Positions 25,001-36,399 of a DNA stretch of 60,809 nt are shown piece by piece. Numbering within the stretch: position 1 is the first letter of the stretch; the number at the start of each line of letters is the position of its first letter. The translations under genes were made by a program, and so were the position numbers. The DNA comes from Phyllobates terribilis (taxonomy: Eukaryota), in assembly GCF_046119375.1 (NCBI RefSeq), contig NW_027367200.1:1-60809 (forward strand), written 5' to 3'. The notes below the pieces were generated by a model. It saw only the letters and a program-made list of their open reading frames with translations, was not told the DNA's origin and did no database searches.

Positions 25001-25206
25001 TCATCGTCAAACAGAAAAGCTCTTGATCTTTGATATGTTGGCAGTCTCTGAAGCTCTGCCCATTGTTGAAGGAACTCATCATCAACAGCATCCTTTGAAG
25101 AACCGAAAGAAGAATCGCTTCGAATACTCGAGTTTTGAAGCCTAAATGATGATCTGAAGGTTCTTAAAGCTTCTATTTCAACTGCATCAGCCAGCTGATC
25201 AGACAT
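16010..25206 (-). CDS. PDR3: Full-size ABCG / pleiotropic drug resistance transporter (PDR3/ABCG37-like), 22 coding exons, ~1431 aa
   Basis: Exons 24851-25206, 24621-24744, 24457-24542, 24179-24263, 23931-24090, 23764-23840, 23634-23687, 23469-23559, 22814-23397, 22117-22430, 21877-22037, 21685-21788, 21414-21567, 21226-21333, 21085-21158, 20668-21000, 19971-20261, 19815-19898, 19603-19736, 19275-19502, 18502-18928 and 16010-16276 all have GT-AG borders and sum to 4296 nt in frame. Motifs: Walker A GPPGCGKT and GVSGAGKT, signatures ISGGQKKR and LSTEQRKR, Walker [10 protein letters not shown] and [11 protein letters not shown]-terminal KLNFQRR. The subfamily label comes from remembered similarity, not a search. 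Confidence 0.95.
16497..16700 (+). mobile_element. 5' end of a non-autonomous Helitron in the last PDR intron
   Basis: A|TCCATTTATATAATAAAGGAGAG... aligns over about 200 bp with the 5' end of the Helitron at 53002-54516. The 3' hairpin/CTAG was not found. Confidence 0.65.
18987..19264. mobile_element. Tourist (PIF/Harbinger)-like MITE, family A, in PDR intron 20
   Basis: Starts GGTTCCGATGAAATTAGAC and ends ...TTAAGATTTAATTGTAACACAAAC; flanks TCA/TTA; body similar to 22487-22772. Confidence 0.7.
22487..22772. mobile_element. Tourist-like MITE, family A, in PDR intron 9
   Basis: About 33-bp TIRs (GGTTCCGCTGAAATTAGACCTTAAAATGCGAA / TTCGCAATTTATGGTCTAATTTCAGCAGAAAC) with a TTA TSD on both sides. 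Confidence 0.85.
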
Positions 25207-25298
25207 AACTCAACCTCGTGAAGTCTAAAAGTTTGATCATTTACAATATATTGTTGTTTCCATGCCATAGATGAAAAATGCATAATATACTACTTGAG

Positions 25299-25317
25299 AA
25301 GTTTGACTTTGAATGGG
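25299..25317. promoter_or_regulatory. W-box-containing block conserved with the paralogue promoter
   Basis: Identical to 1269-1287; TTGACT at 25303-25308. Confidence 0.5.
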
Positions 25318-26397
25318 ATAAAGCAGATTTTATTATAGATATTAATTATAAGTTATAACTCATGAAGACCATATAATGATGACATTAGACAAGTTGATTA
25401 GCAATACAAAGTACTCCATATAAAGGAATGATGATTAGCTATCCAAATGGTCCAGATACTATTTATGCGAATACATATCTCACAAACATACATAAAAAAG
25501 AATAAAATGAAACTTGAAGATCTTGTGCACCAAGCAAATCATATATGTATAGCTGTTTTCATATTTATTCTCCATTTAGCAATTGTTTTGTGTTGCAATA
25601 ACCATCTAAATATGTGGAGGGCTTTTTGCCTTCTTTTCCACCCAAAAAAAAATAACCATCTAAATATCTAATAAATCAAATGCGTATAAAAATTAGTTAT
25701 GGATGAATTAATTGAAAGAAAAAATGCATATGGTTGTTTTACAGCGTAATTTAAGTGTATGGTGTTCACGTCACATAAATGGAGCTCGGACAATGTAATC
25801 AATGATGTCAAACTAATAGGACCCTGACGATAGCGCTTAGCTCATCAACTATGATATACGTGCACAAGCCTTCGGCAATTAGAATACATACAATCCATAC
25901 TTTCTAATTTTCTAGTGTTTTTCTAAAAATAATACTAATTTCAAGGATACTTCTTATGCACGTAATATATCAGTACAAGTTTTATAATCACATAAAACAG
26001 ATCCTATCTTTTCTTAGTTAATCTATCGCTGTTCGTAAAACTTGTATTACGCGTGCAAGCTGAAGAGCTTATCAGTAGCGTTATCTGCTAAGCAACAACT
26101 GATTAATCCAAAACCATAGAAATTTAGAGCTTGTCATTAACGAAAACTCTGATCTCTGTCATGAACATGTTACATATCACATATGGATGGATGAGGTAAG
26201 AAAGGATGAATAATAAATGACAAGAATAAGCTGTACATAGCACCTACTACTTGTTTACCCAACTCCATTTTCATACACAACAAATCTGCCTGCAAACTAA
26301 AGGAGATCAAAACCCAGAAAACAAATTTTGGTAAAATGAGAAACAAAGATGAAAGCAGCACCTACCATCCACAAGAAGAATCAGAAACCAGACCCAG

Positions 26398-26430
26398 GAA
26401 GAAGAAGAAGATGAAGAAGAAGAAGAAGAA
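26398..26430. repeat. (GAA)n microsatellite in the kinase 3' region
   Basis: About 11 GAA units with one GAT interruption, directly visible. Confidence 0.9.
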
Positions 26431-26499
26431 AAAGGCGAAAATGAATATATAGCTATAAGTGAGCATGAATTCCTCTTGAAGGATTATATGACCCATTTC

Positions 26500-29400
26500 T
26501 CAAGTTTTTGTTGTCCTTTTCTTGCCTGAGGTGGTATCAGGTGTTGTATCGCTCTTGTCGGTATCAGAACATTCCTTCTGGGTTTCAATCTCTGCATTGC
26601 CAGCTCTAGTTCTACGCTGCCTCCGATCCTGCATTATATAAAAATTGATCATATAGATCAGTTATTACTATAGTGAAACAAGTTTTTCCCTTTTGGTCAA
26701 GTGCATCACAAAAGAGTTGATAGTATATAGTACTAAGAGTTAGTTATATTAGAAATTAGATCTTACAATGCGAAAACTTCACAGTCAGACCCGGTATACA
26801 AATAATGAACATAGAATATGAATGATTATCAACAGTTGATTATAGAATTTCCTTTTAATTAGTTAATTTCTGTAATTTCCTAGTAATTCCCACCAGCTAC
26901 ATTTTAGGATCCAGTTTCCCACTTTCTCCATTATCTCTTAGTTCCTGTCTTCCCTATTTAAGCCTTCAGTATCTAGTATGTAAATCAGACTTGAATATTT
27001 TTTCGGTAAAAAAATCAGACTTGAATATTGAATTATCACAAAATTGGAGATTCTCCACCAATTTCCTGGTTTTCCAGTGGTTTCCTAAGGGTTTGTTTGG
27101 TGTGTGTATGTATGAAGAGGTTTTCAATGATAAGTTTGTTTGGTTAAAAAGTCTTTTTTATAAAAAGACATGTACTTTTTGGATAAATTAGAGTATGAGA
27201 GATAAAATAAAAGGTAATTAGTTACATGTTTTTCGAAAACAAGAAAAATACTTATCTAAAATAAAGTCTTTATAAAGAATAAATACGGTTAGGGTCCGTT
27301 TGGTAAGAAAAGAAGAGAAAAAAGAAACTTTGAATTATTTACAAAATTATCACTGCATCACTTTTTCACCACTTTTTGTTTTTTTAGTAAGTTCACACAA
27401 ATTCATAGTGTAGGTTCATGATTTGAATAGCAAGGTTCGACTGCGAAGTTTCCGCATTTTAAGGTCTGATTTCAGCGTAAACTTCCTCATAGTACTAAGT
27501 GGTATAAAATGTGCATTTCAGTTACCTCTTTGGGTAAAGGGTATTCTTCGGATTCCAGCATACGTGCAACCTGGCTCATCTTAGGCCTCTTATCGGAGTC
27601 TGGATCTATACACCTCAATGCAGTCAAGAGCGCTCGTTTCAGAGCTTTTATTGACGGCTTTGTCTCTATTGTCGGGTCCACCACTTCCTCAAATTGCCTG
27701 CTACCAACCATCATTTTCAGCCAATCAACCAGGTTTACCTGCAACCATGACTAGGAATTAAAATCCATTCAACTCATAATAACCTAATTGTGCAATCACT
27801 CTATAAATAGTATGTACAAAAGATTTACTTACATGTATACAAAATGTTAAACGAGATAAGTCATGAAACACGCAAACTTTAAAATGTATAAGGAGGAAAA
27901 AGTAGAAGTCATGCAAAGAGAGAACAAAATTTGTACTAGAAAAATATATTTATGTACATAAATCAGCATTACCTCTTCTTGTGGGCGACCGTAGTCTACA
28001 GGATCTCTTCCTGTAATAGCTTCAAGAAGGACAACCCCAAAGCTGTAAACATCGCTCTTTTCATTCAGAAGGCCCGTGTTCGCATACTCAGGGGCCACGT
28101 ACCTGTATAATGTAAAGGAATCTAGTTATCATACATTCTATGTACTCCAATGCAAGAGGGAATGTAATTCGAAATGAACAAGATAAACAGAAAAAAAGTC
28201 TTTACGTACCCAAAGGTTCCCATGACTCTTGTTGTCACATGGCTTTGTGAAGCACCTAAAAGCTTTGCCAAGCCAAAATCTGAAACCTTTGCATCGAACT
28301 TATCATCGATTAAAATATTGCTAGACTTGATATCTCGATGCACCACCTTTGGCTCTATCGCTTCATGCAAATAAGCAAGTCTGTGGGAGAATGAATCATC
28401 AGCACACTTACGCAAATAATAGATGCATTTGTATGTGCAATTTGCAGTCTTGCATATGTTAAAGAAGAAAACGAAGAAGAAACAGTACAGAAAAGTTTGT
28501 TAGGATTAAAAAGATAAAAAAAAAAATCATTTAGGGAAATAATCAAGTAGATTCTACCCCATTATATATCATATTTGTTGACACATATCAGTACAAACTT
28601 ACGCCTTTGCAGTGCCAAGAAGAACTTTTATTCGAGCTTCCCATGTCAAATATCCATGCTGGCGCATAGCACCATGAAGCCACTGCTCTAAGTTTCCATT
28701 GTTGACATACTCATAAACCAACATTCTGGAGTAAAAAGCATCACTTCAGAAATTAACAAAAATTCCAATTTCTAGTTGCTATAGTTAACCAAGTCATACC
28801 TTTGAGTTCCTTCAACACAATATCCCAAAAGGCGAACCAAATTCTTGTGGCGTACATGTCCAATTGCTTCAACTTCCACTCGAAATTCCTTCTCAGCTTG
28901 TCCACTATAAAAAAGTTACAAAAATCTGAATAATACGTAACCATAACAAGTAGAGGAAATAATAATAAATACATTAATACTCACAGATTGTTAAGGATCC
29001 TCTTAACAGCCACAGGATTTCCATTAATCAGCTTGCCACGATAAACTACTCCATAACCACCTTCACCAAGAATATTCTCTTTCGAAAATCTATTCGTAGC
29101 AATTTCAAGATCTCTCAAAGTGAACCAATGACCCCAACCCAAATGTGAAAATTCAGGCAGACCATTTAAAGGAGAAGGAGCCGTTACAGGATGAGCTTTA
29201 AACGTACCAGAACCACCATCTTCTCCTGATTGGGACCCAGCTCCTTCTGTATGACGAAATGAACCAGACCTACTAGTATCTCCATTTCTCAATTTAGCTT
29301 TACCTTCAATTGATAATGAACTATTTGACTCAATGTCACCGAATTTGTCCTGAATTGAAGGAAGGTTTCTATCGTGTGTAGGGAAATTGTTCGTTGGGGT

Positions 29401-29622
29401 TTGCTGAACCCTAACTTCTTTAATCTCCTTGGATTCTGCAGGAATTTGAGTTGAAGGGAGGGTGTTGTTGCTTCTTCTTGCTCTTTTCAGTTTAGTAAGA
29501 CAGAGGATGGCTAATCCAAAGCAAAGAATGATTAACACTCCAATAATGATGGCGATTAGCTCCCATACTTGAAGCCCTAATACAGAGTTTTTTGATAGCC
29601 CGGAATTGAGATCATTGGCCAT
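26500..29622 (-). CDS. Receptor-like protein kinase with N-terminal TM anchor (At5g18500/At2g42960-like, RLCK-V), 7 coding exons, ~502 aa
   Basis: Exons 28985-29622, 28800-28904, 28603-28725, 28210-28380, 27973-28102, 27526-27738 and 26500-26628 splice in frame (1509 nt). Motifs: [59 protein letters not shown]; hydrophobic [21 protein letters not shown] near the N-terminus. Confidence 0.95.
26742..27483. mobile_element. Split family-A Tourist MITE (halves ~26742-26830 and ~27330-27483) with intervening repeat fragments in the last kinase intron
   Basis: The left piece has AGAAATTAGATCTTACAATGCGAAAAC...AAATAATGAACATAGAATATGAAT. The right piece ends TTCCGCATTTTAAGGTCTGATTTCAGCGTAAAC. Both match 22487-22772. 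Confidence 0.55.
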
Positions 29623-30962
29623 CTTTCTTGGCCAAAATGATACCTAATAGACAAGTGAAAGAAAATAGATTGTTCATCGAATGCTTGTGGCTTCAAGATA
29701 TATGCATAACAGTATATTACACATCAGCAAAGATAATGACCCTTCAAACTTCTCAAGCCTAGTGCTGAACTGAGCGTATACAACCATTTGACAGCTCAGC
29801 TTTGCTAACCAAGCAACAGCTAGTGAATTTTCAGCGTGGGCAGACTAATTACATTCATAAACTGGTCAAATTCAAACAAGTTTAATGAATTTTCTAAAAT
29901 TAAGAGGTCTATATAGCCCCATCCCTGCCCATAGCAGCACAAGTATGACCAATTTGTTGACAGGAAACATCAAATTTTAACACCAATGCAATTAAATCAA
30001 GTCAGGGCAAAAGCAAAATAGGACCAACTCAATAACCAAAAACATAAATGAGCAAGCTTTAAAATGGCATCAATTTGCCTACCTTCTAAAATGGAGTACC
30101 AAGGACACCTCCAGAACACCCAGATCTCAGTGAGCTAAAAAGTTACAGCACAAATGGAGCAAATGGAGAGGAACATATGCAAGATCTCTGAATTGCAACA
30201 GTTAAACATCTACAGAGAAACCTAATTTGGCAGATGCAGAGGTTATATGGTGAATAAGTGGATTTGGCTTGTTGGGTAGTTTTCGTGTTGGGGAGCAAAT
30301 GGAAAGCCGAATCTAAGCTGGAACAAAGCCTTGTCAGAGCACACCTGGGCTCTCATTAAAAACCCTAAGTACACATGAGCAAAAAAAACAATGACGCTAT
30401 AAGATTGACCTGTAAATTTTGACAGATCTCAAAGTTTGGGGTATTAGGAGAGAGAAAGAGATAGGAGTGGTGGTTTGGGAGGGATTATCGAAGAGAGGAA
30501 GACAGACAGGAAGGGAATGAGACAATTCGCGTAGCAAACGCTAAAAACAGTGAAAGTAAAGTGATTTGTGAATTCTGAAGTATACTTTATTCTCTCTCTT
30601 TTCTTGATTTCACAATATGTTTGATTGCTTATAGTAGAGTAAAAATGGGATTAGTATTTACATGTAATAATTAGGAAGATGGTTGTACATTTGTTCCGTA
30701 TGTATACAGTCATCAAGGTGATTAGGCGGGCTTAATGCAGAGTATCATATAGAATATCCTTGATATCCTCCGAGAGTTACATGGCATGATGGCGAGGAAG
30801 GCTAGATGTGTTTTCATATTTTTTTTGTTTATTTTTTTAATGAGAAAAATATTTGAATATTTTTTTGTGTTAAAGAAGTGTGGAGCCTCCTCCGTATAAG
30901 TTAAGTAAAAAATATTGAAATAGCTAGATTTAAAAAAGTAATCTAATCTATATTATCACATT

Positions 30963-31604
30963 CAGTGTTCTAAAAAACGCGCCTAGGCCCCGCCTAGGCG
31001 CTAGGCGGCACCTTAAAGTTGCAATTAATTGGTAGGCGTTTTCAGCTAGGCGATGAAAAAAATCGTCCGCCTACGAGGCAGTCTAGCGCCTAGGCTCCAC
31101 CCAGGCCCCGTCTAGGCGCGTTTTTTAGAACACTGGATGTAACAGAGGATGATTTAGATGAAGATAATCATGAGTTTGAGCTTGATGAGTCTGACAATGA
31201 GCAAGAAGTTAATGTTCAACTTGAGGAGGATAATGTGAATGAATAGATGGAGGATTAAATTATATTTCTATTTTATTAAGTTGAAATTTGCATTGAAAAC
31301 TGAATGATTTTTGCTTGTTGTGGTTTTGTAGATCTTCTTTATGAAGAATGCTATAAATTCTGTGAAATTTCGATGATTAATTAGCAAATTATATGCTTAT
31401 GCTAAAATGATATAATTAAATTATGAATTATTATGAAAATTATGAATCAATATATTTCTCTTTAACTTTTCATATAAGAAAATTATATTATAATATAAAA
31501 ATAAGTGTTATAATATTGATCTGTCTGAGCCTCACTTAGGCTCCCGCCTAGCGTCTAAGCCACCCTCACCACCTAGCACCCGCCTAGCGTTTTTTAGAAC
31601 ACTG
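30963..31604. mobile_element. Non-autonomous hAT element with 8-bp TSD and an extra internal right TIR
   Basis: Left TIR CAGTGTTCTAAAAAACGC at 30963; right TIRs GCGTTTTTTAGAACACTG end at 31135 and 31604. The TSD ATCACATT lies at 30955-30962 and 31605-31612. Subterminal CGCCTAG(G) repeats are present. Confidence 0.9.
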
Positions 31605-31980
31605 ATCACATTCATGTCAAAGAGAGCCCTGCTTCATCTTGAAAAATTATGTTTTATGTATTTATATTAATGGGTTGATTTGTTCATGTGTCAATAAGAT
31701 ATTTTTTCATCTTTTTAACGTCTTATACTACTGATTAAAAAATTAAAGCTAAAATCTCTCATAATTTCGATCAGTCATACGTGTTCTTCACAAGTTTTCT
31801 TCACGTCCAATGTTTCATTTTATAGGACAGAAATATGAGTAATATATATATTTAGAATCCTTCGTACTAGAGTTAAATCCTATATCTATTAAAAGTAATA
31901 TGCAGAGATTCGAATCCATATATGTGAGGGTATGCTAAGCAGTAAGCATATCTGTCCCACTAGATTAGAGGCTCCTTGAT

Positions 31981-32446
31981 TGTTGAAGTCCAAGTTTCTA
32001 GTAGAATCAACACGTTTTGACGAGAGGCTTAGATTCACTCTTGACTTTTTTAGCTGAGGGTAAAGACGGTCCAAGCTTCCAGAGTCCGAAGTGCTCGTCG
32101 ATCTGTCTGCAAAAGTCCTCGACGATGTACCTGCACGACCAAATCTAAGGGAAGGGGCGCTTCCTCTAGATTTGACTCTCCAACACTCAAGTCAGTAGCA
32201 GTTCAATAGAGGAGTAGGTGTTACGATTAGTGCTCGGGTATGGTAGGACAATGGAGTACTTTTGGCTCTGAATTTCGGCAGAGTTTTAGTACGTGTGAGA
32301 AAAGTGATCCCTCCTCCGTGTCATATACCTTTGTATTTATAGGAAAAGCTATTTGGGCCGCCATTTGATGGGCCTTTTTCCCTTTTCTCTTATTTCGGGC
32401 CATAAATCTATTAAAAACAAACCAGACTGAGGGACCTGCCCCAACA
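31981..32446 (-). repeat. 3' LTR of the Retand element
   Basis: On the element strand TGTTGGGG...CTTCAACA, 466 bp, with TATA-like CTATAAATA; aligns end to end with 43051-43498. Confidence 0.95.
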
Positions 32447-32765
32447 TCCAGCCCCACAAGGTCCTCGAGTACCTCTTACTCAAGGGTAGTGTGCCTTCGC
32501 TGGTCGAGGTGAGGTCTCGCGAGTCCGTGCTGATCCTTGATAGATTTATGCTCGACGAGGGTTTAGTATTACTTACCTGGAATCGGCTTCCTCTATACTG
32601 TTGATTAGATGCTCGACGAGGCGATGGACTGCCGTTCCTCGCCCACCTATGACGAGTTGCGATATTTGTGCCCCCACTCACTCTTTCTGGTACCGTTTTC
32701 CTTCTCGCGCCATTTTTTTGAATTTCCTAAAGAGAACTGTTTTTGGCGGGCTCCCACCTCCTCTT

Positions 32766-32820
32766 CGCCACGTGTCGTGTCAGGGTTTGCCGACACTTCA
32801 TCTTCCCCCTACTATAAAAG
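32766..32820 (+). promoter_or_regulatory. Internal antisense promoter: G-box/ABRE (GCCACGTGTC) and TATA (CTATAAAAG)
   Basis: CACGTG at 32769-32774 and TATAAAA at 32813-32819, followed by a CT-rich leader and ATG at 32993. Confidence 0.55.
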
Positions 32821-32992
32821 GGGACCCTTAGCCTTTTCCTTTGCTTTTTCACTGTCTCTCCAAACTTTCATTTCCTTCGCTCTCTCCTCTTCACCAGTTT
32901 CTCCGGCAATACTCCGATCTTCTTCCTCCGGCGTCCGCAGAACTTCCTTTGCTTCCTCTTCTTCGTCAACGTTCACTTCTTCGTCTCCATCC

Positions 32993-35854
32993 ATGGCGCG
33001 TCGTGGTTAGTACTTTCCGTCCTTCTCTTACCTTTTCGAATTTCATGCTAGTTCTTGATCTTGTTCTTGGCGTTTTGCTTATTTTGATCCTTCCCTATGC
33101 GCACTCGTATCTTGTATTCTTGTTTTCTTACGTAAATCTTGTTCAATCGAGAAATGATCAACTCCTTTCTACCTTGATGGTTAAAAACCGATCGTCGGGC
33201 CAACCTGCCCTTTTCAAATTCCTTATTGCCATTGATGGCGGAGGACAGACATTCTCGCCATTAATGTCTGTTTCTTGAAACTCTGTGGGAATTCTGTTTT
33301 AATGGCGGCGTGGGTTTTTGAAACGTCTTTTGGGGAAACACACCGCTTCTGTCAGAACTCTTTTCCCCCCTTTCTGTCTTATCACCATAAATGCCTCTGG
33401 TCGGCTCCATAGACAGGACTTTACCCTTTTGCCCTTCTCTCTTTTTGCCCATGTCTTTCTTCTTTTCTTTGTTCTTGGTCTCAGTTCTCGAGGTACCTCG
33501 CGAAGGTTCCACCCTCTCGTCCTTCCCTCTAGTCGACGAGAGTTAGTTTTTGAAATACACTCTATTTCTCTTCGCGGGGTAACTTAGGCCTCGAGGACTA
33601 ACTTTCTTTATTTTGTAACAGCTCAAAGCACCTCCTCGGTCCGAGACTCGGAGGTGAGTTTTCGAGAAACCGGCTCTTCCGCGGAGAACTCATCGTCAAC
33701 AGTATCCTACCGCCCTGTTTCCGGGGACGAGGACTGGGAAGCGCAATCACCGGACGAGGCTGGGCCTAGTACTCAAGAAGCCGCTCCCCCAGCTACGACC
33801 CGTATTTATGATACTTTTCCCCCAGCACCCAAGCCCGTAATGATCGACGATGTGGTTGTGCCTTCCGTTGTTCCCGCTCGATCCCCACGCGTGCTCATTC
33901 TTGATGGGCGTATCGCCCCCGTTCCTTGCATCGTCGAAGGGTATAACATAAGGGTCTCGACTTCAACGGCCAAACCCCGCTACTTAGTAGATTACGCGAC
34001 CGAGTTTCCTTTCCCTGCTGGGACGGTTTTGACTTTACCGATTAACAACGGGAAGATGCTCGACAACTACGGGCCTTACTTCCCCATTAGTCGCCATGCT
34101 CTGCTCACGGGCTTTCGACTACCACTCGCACCATTCATTCGAGACATTCTCGACGAGCTTCATCTTAGCCCGTCGCAAGTCCATCCTAACTTCTTGAGGC
34201 ACATGACTGCCTTCCAGCTCAGATGCCAAGAGATCGGCTATGTCCCCTCCGCTCATCTCTTTCGCGTTCTGTATAAGCCTAACATCTATACTTGGGGCTC
34301 GTTACCTGTACTTGCATGTACAGTCCTGTCCAGTATAGGATGCCTGGTAACGAGACTGGGTGGACTCGTCGATGGATTTTGGTTAAACCTCCTCGGGCGC
34401 ACAGGGTGAATCACCGCGTCCGTGTGTCTAGGGTCGCCGAATGGGAGACGATGTACTCGTCCGAACAGCTCCAAAAAGTTAGGGAGGATTTCTGTGCATT
34501 TCGCAAATTAAGTCCTAACCGATACAATGATATAGTGACTATTGACTTCCTGGCTCGGCGAGGGCTTAGCTTGATTCCTCCTCATAGTAGTAGGGGTTCT
34601 TTATACCAATGCTAACTCTTGTGCTTGTTACGCTTATGTACTTTCTGACTTGTTTTCTTGGTATTGCAGAGGAGTGCTTTGAATTTGTGAATATAGAGGA
34701 TGATGAGGACCATGTGGTGCCTCCACACCACCAACAATCTCACATCATTCAAACTCAACCCAACGCCGAGGAGGCCCGTCTCCCACCGATAGAAGTCCTT
34801 CCTAAGGACGACATTCCCATCTCCGAGCATCTAAAGAAGAAACGAGCTCAGACTTCGAAGAACACCTCTCACGCTCGTAAGAAACGCATCGTCGAGGGGA
34901 GGGCAGCCGACCCATCGAGCTCAAGAGGGACGACCATGAGCCCTACCCCCTGAGTGTCGTCAAGGTCCCCTCGAGTAGAAGCTCTGGAGGCTTCCTACTG
35001 ACCCTCGAGCTTTCCGACCAACTCCTCGGCCGGGTCATCCCAATTCCTTCGCCCCCTCCCATCATAAGGAACATGACCGAGGACGAGGCTGTTGTCGAGT
35101 CTCAGCTGGTGGCAGGGGTAACTTTCCTTGATCTTCTTGGTCTATGTCTTCCTTTGAAATTTTGCTAACAATCTTCTCCCTTTCAGGTTATCCACCTTGC
35201 CATGGCTGTCTTGGCAAAAAGTAACAACTGATCTCAGCGAGCATCGGCCGAGCTGAGGCAGAGTTATGGGGAGCTCGAAAGAACTGTCCAGGATCTAAGG
35301 ACATCTGTGAACCGGGTCCAAGAAGAGGCGGACAAGGAGAAGGCAGCCCTGAGAGCTTCTCTAGAGGTCATGGAAAAGTGTGTCAAAGAATTGGACCTCG
35401 AGCTGGAACTGGAGGCCAAGGAGAGGAAAAAGGAGGCCGAGGGGAAGAAAAAGGTGGAAGGCGAGCTTGAACAGATGGTGAGAGACCAGGAAAAGTTGCT
35501 CGAGCAAGCCTGCCAGGAGGCTATCAAGCACTACGCCTCCGGTCATCGTGAAGGAGCTCGGCAACGCTACCTTGCGACATATCAAGTGAACACCTTCTGT
35601 GAGGTAGCCAAACGCCAGGCGGCCGAGCAAGGTCTCCCGGACTTCCAGATTGACAACTCGAGGTTGTATGGATTCCCTCTAATTCCTACCGAGTATGTAC
35701 CACCCCCCTTGGAGCCTATGCGATGGATGATGATAGGACTCTTGAGGCGTGGAACGTGACTACCATCCCTCCGGTGAGTGATCCTGCTGAAGTTCATGAG
35801 AAGGAAATTCCGCAAGGTGGCCGAGCCTTTGCGAGAGTTGCTCGTGCGATGTAA
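32993..35854 (+). pseudogene. Spliced antisense accessory gene of the Retand element (Transposase_28/DUF390-like domain plus coiled coil), now frameshifted
   Basis: Predicted introns 33006-33621, 34587-34669 and 35118-35186 are all GT-AG and phase-compatible, and the latter two have GCTAAC branch points. Motif GFRLPLAPFIRDILDELHLSPSQVHPNFLRHMTAFQLRC; basic stretch LKKKRAQ...ARKKR; heptad-rich EEADKEKAALRASLEVMEKCVKELDLELE. The 3' end is approximate. Confidence 0.75.
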
Positions 35855-36399
35855 GCTGCAGCGAAGACCTTGGCGGCTCCTCCTCACACCTCTCCAGTCC
35901 CAAAACAGTGACAAGGATGTTTAGACATATGCTTGCTCGATTGTAATTTAACTCTGGTTTTTGCCACGGAACGTTTGTGAACCCATGTATGATTGTTAAC
36001 TTAATGTTTATTTTCTCTTATTTATTCTTGTCTTCCAAAACCTGGCCTGCCACCCCCTGCCTTTTCGACCATACATCGTATGCGAGGAAAGGTATTGCCC
36101 GAGGTTGTGGGTGTTAATAAGTAGATAAATGAGCGAAAATAAGACTGAACGTTGTATTGAATGAAATAGTGAGATAACATGACAAATTGCCACATGATAA
36201 CGTGGTCAAGTGCGAGTCGACATAAAAGATGTTCGTAAGACAAGTACATTGCATAAAGTAAAGTGTGTTGCAGTATCATGTTCTCGGGCTACATCATTTT
36301 TATAAATATGCGCGCTAGCCCTGTAACCCTTTGATATTGCTTTCGAGTGCCTTGTGTTTGTGGAAACTGCTTTCACTATGCATTATGTTGTTGCCCCTT

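Noticed and set aside
26837-27075. Possible short copia solo LTR in the last kinase intron
   Set aside because: The composition is LTR-like (CTATTTAAG, duplicated AAATCAGACTTGAATATT), but termini and TSD could not be fixed.
32349-33587. Several 60-145 aa ORFs near the Retand 3' LTR
   Set aside because: They are low-complexity CT-rich leader and intron 1 of the antisense gene; only ATG GCG CGT CGT G is supported as coding.
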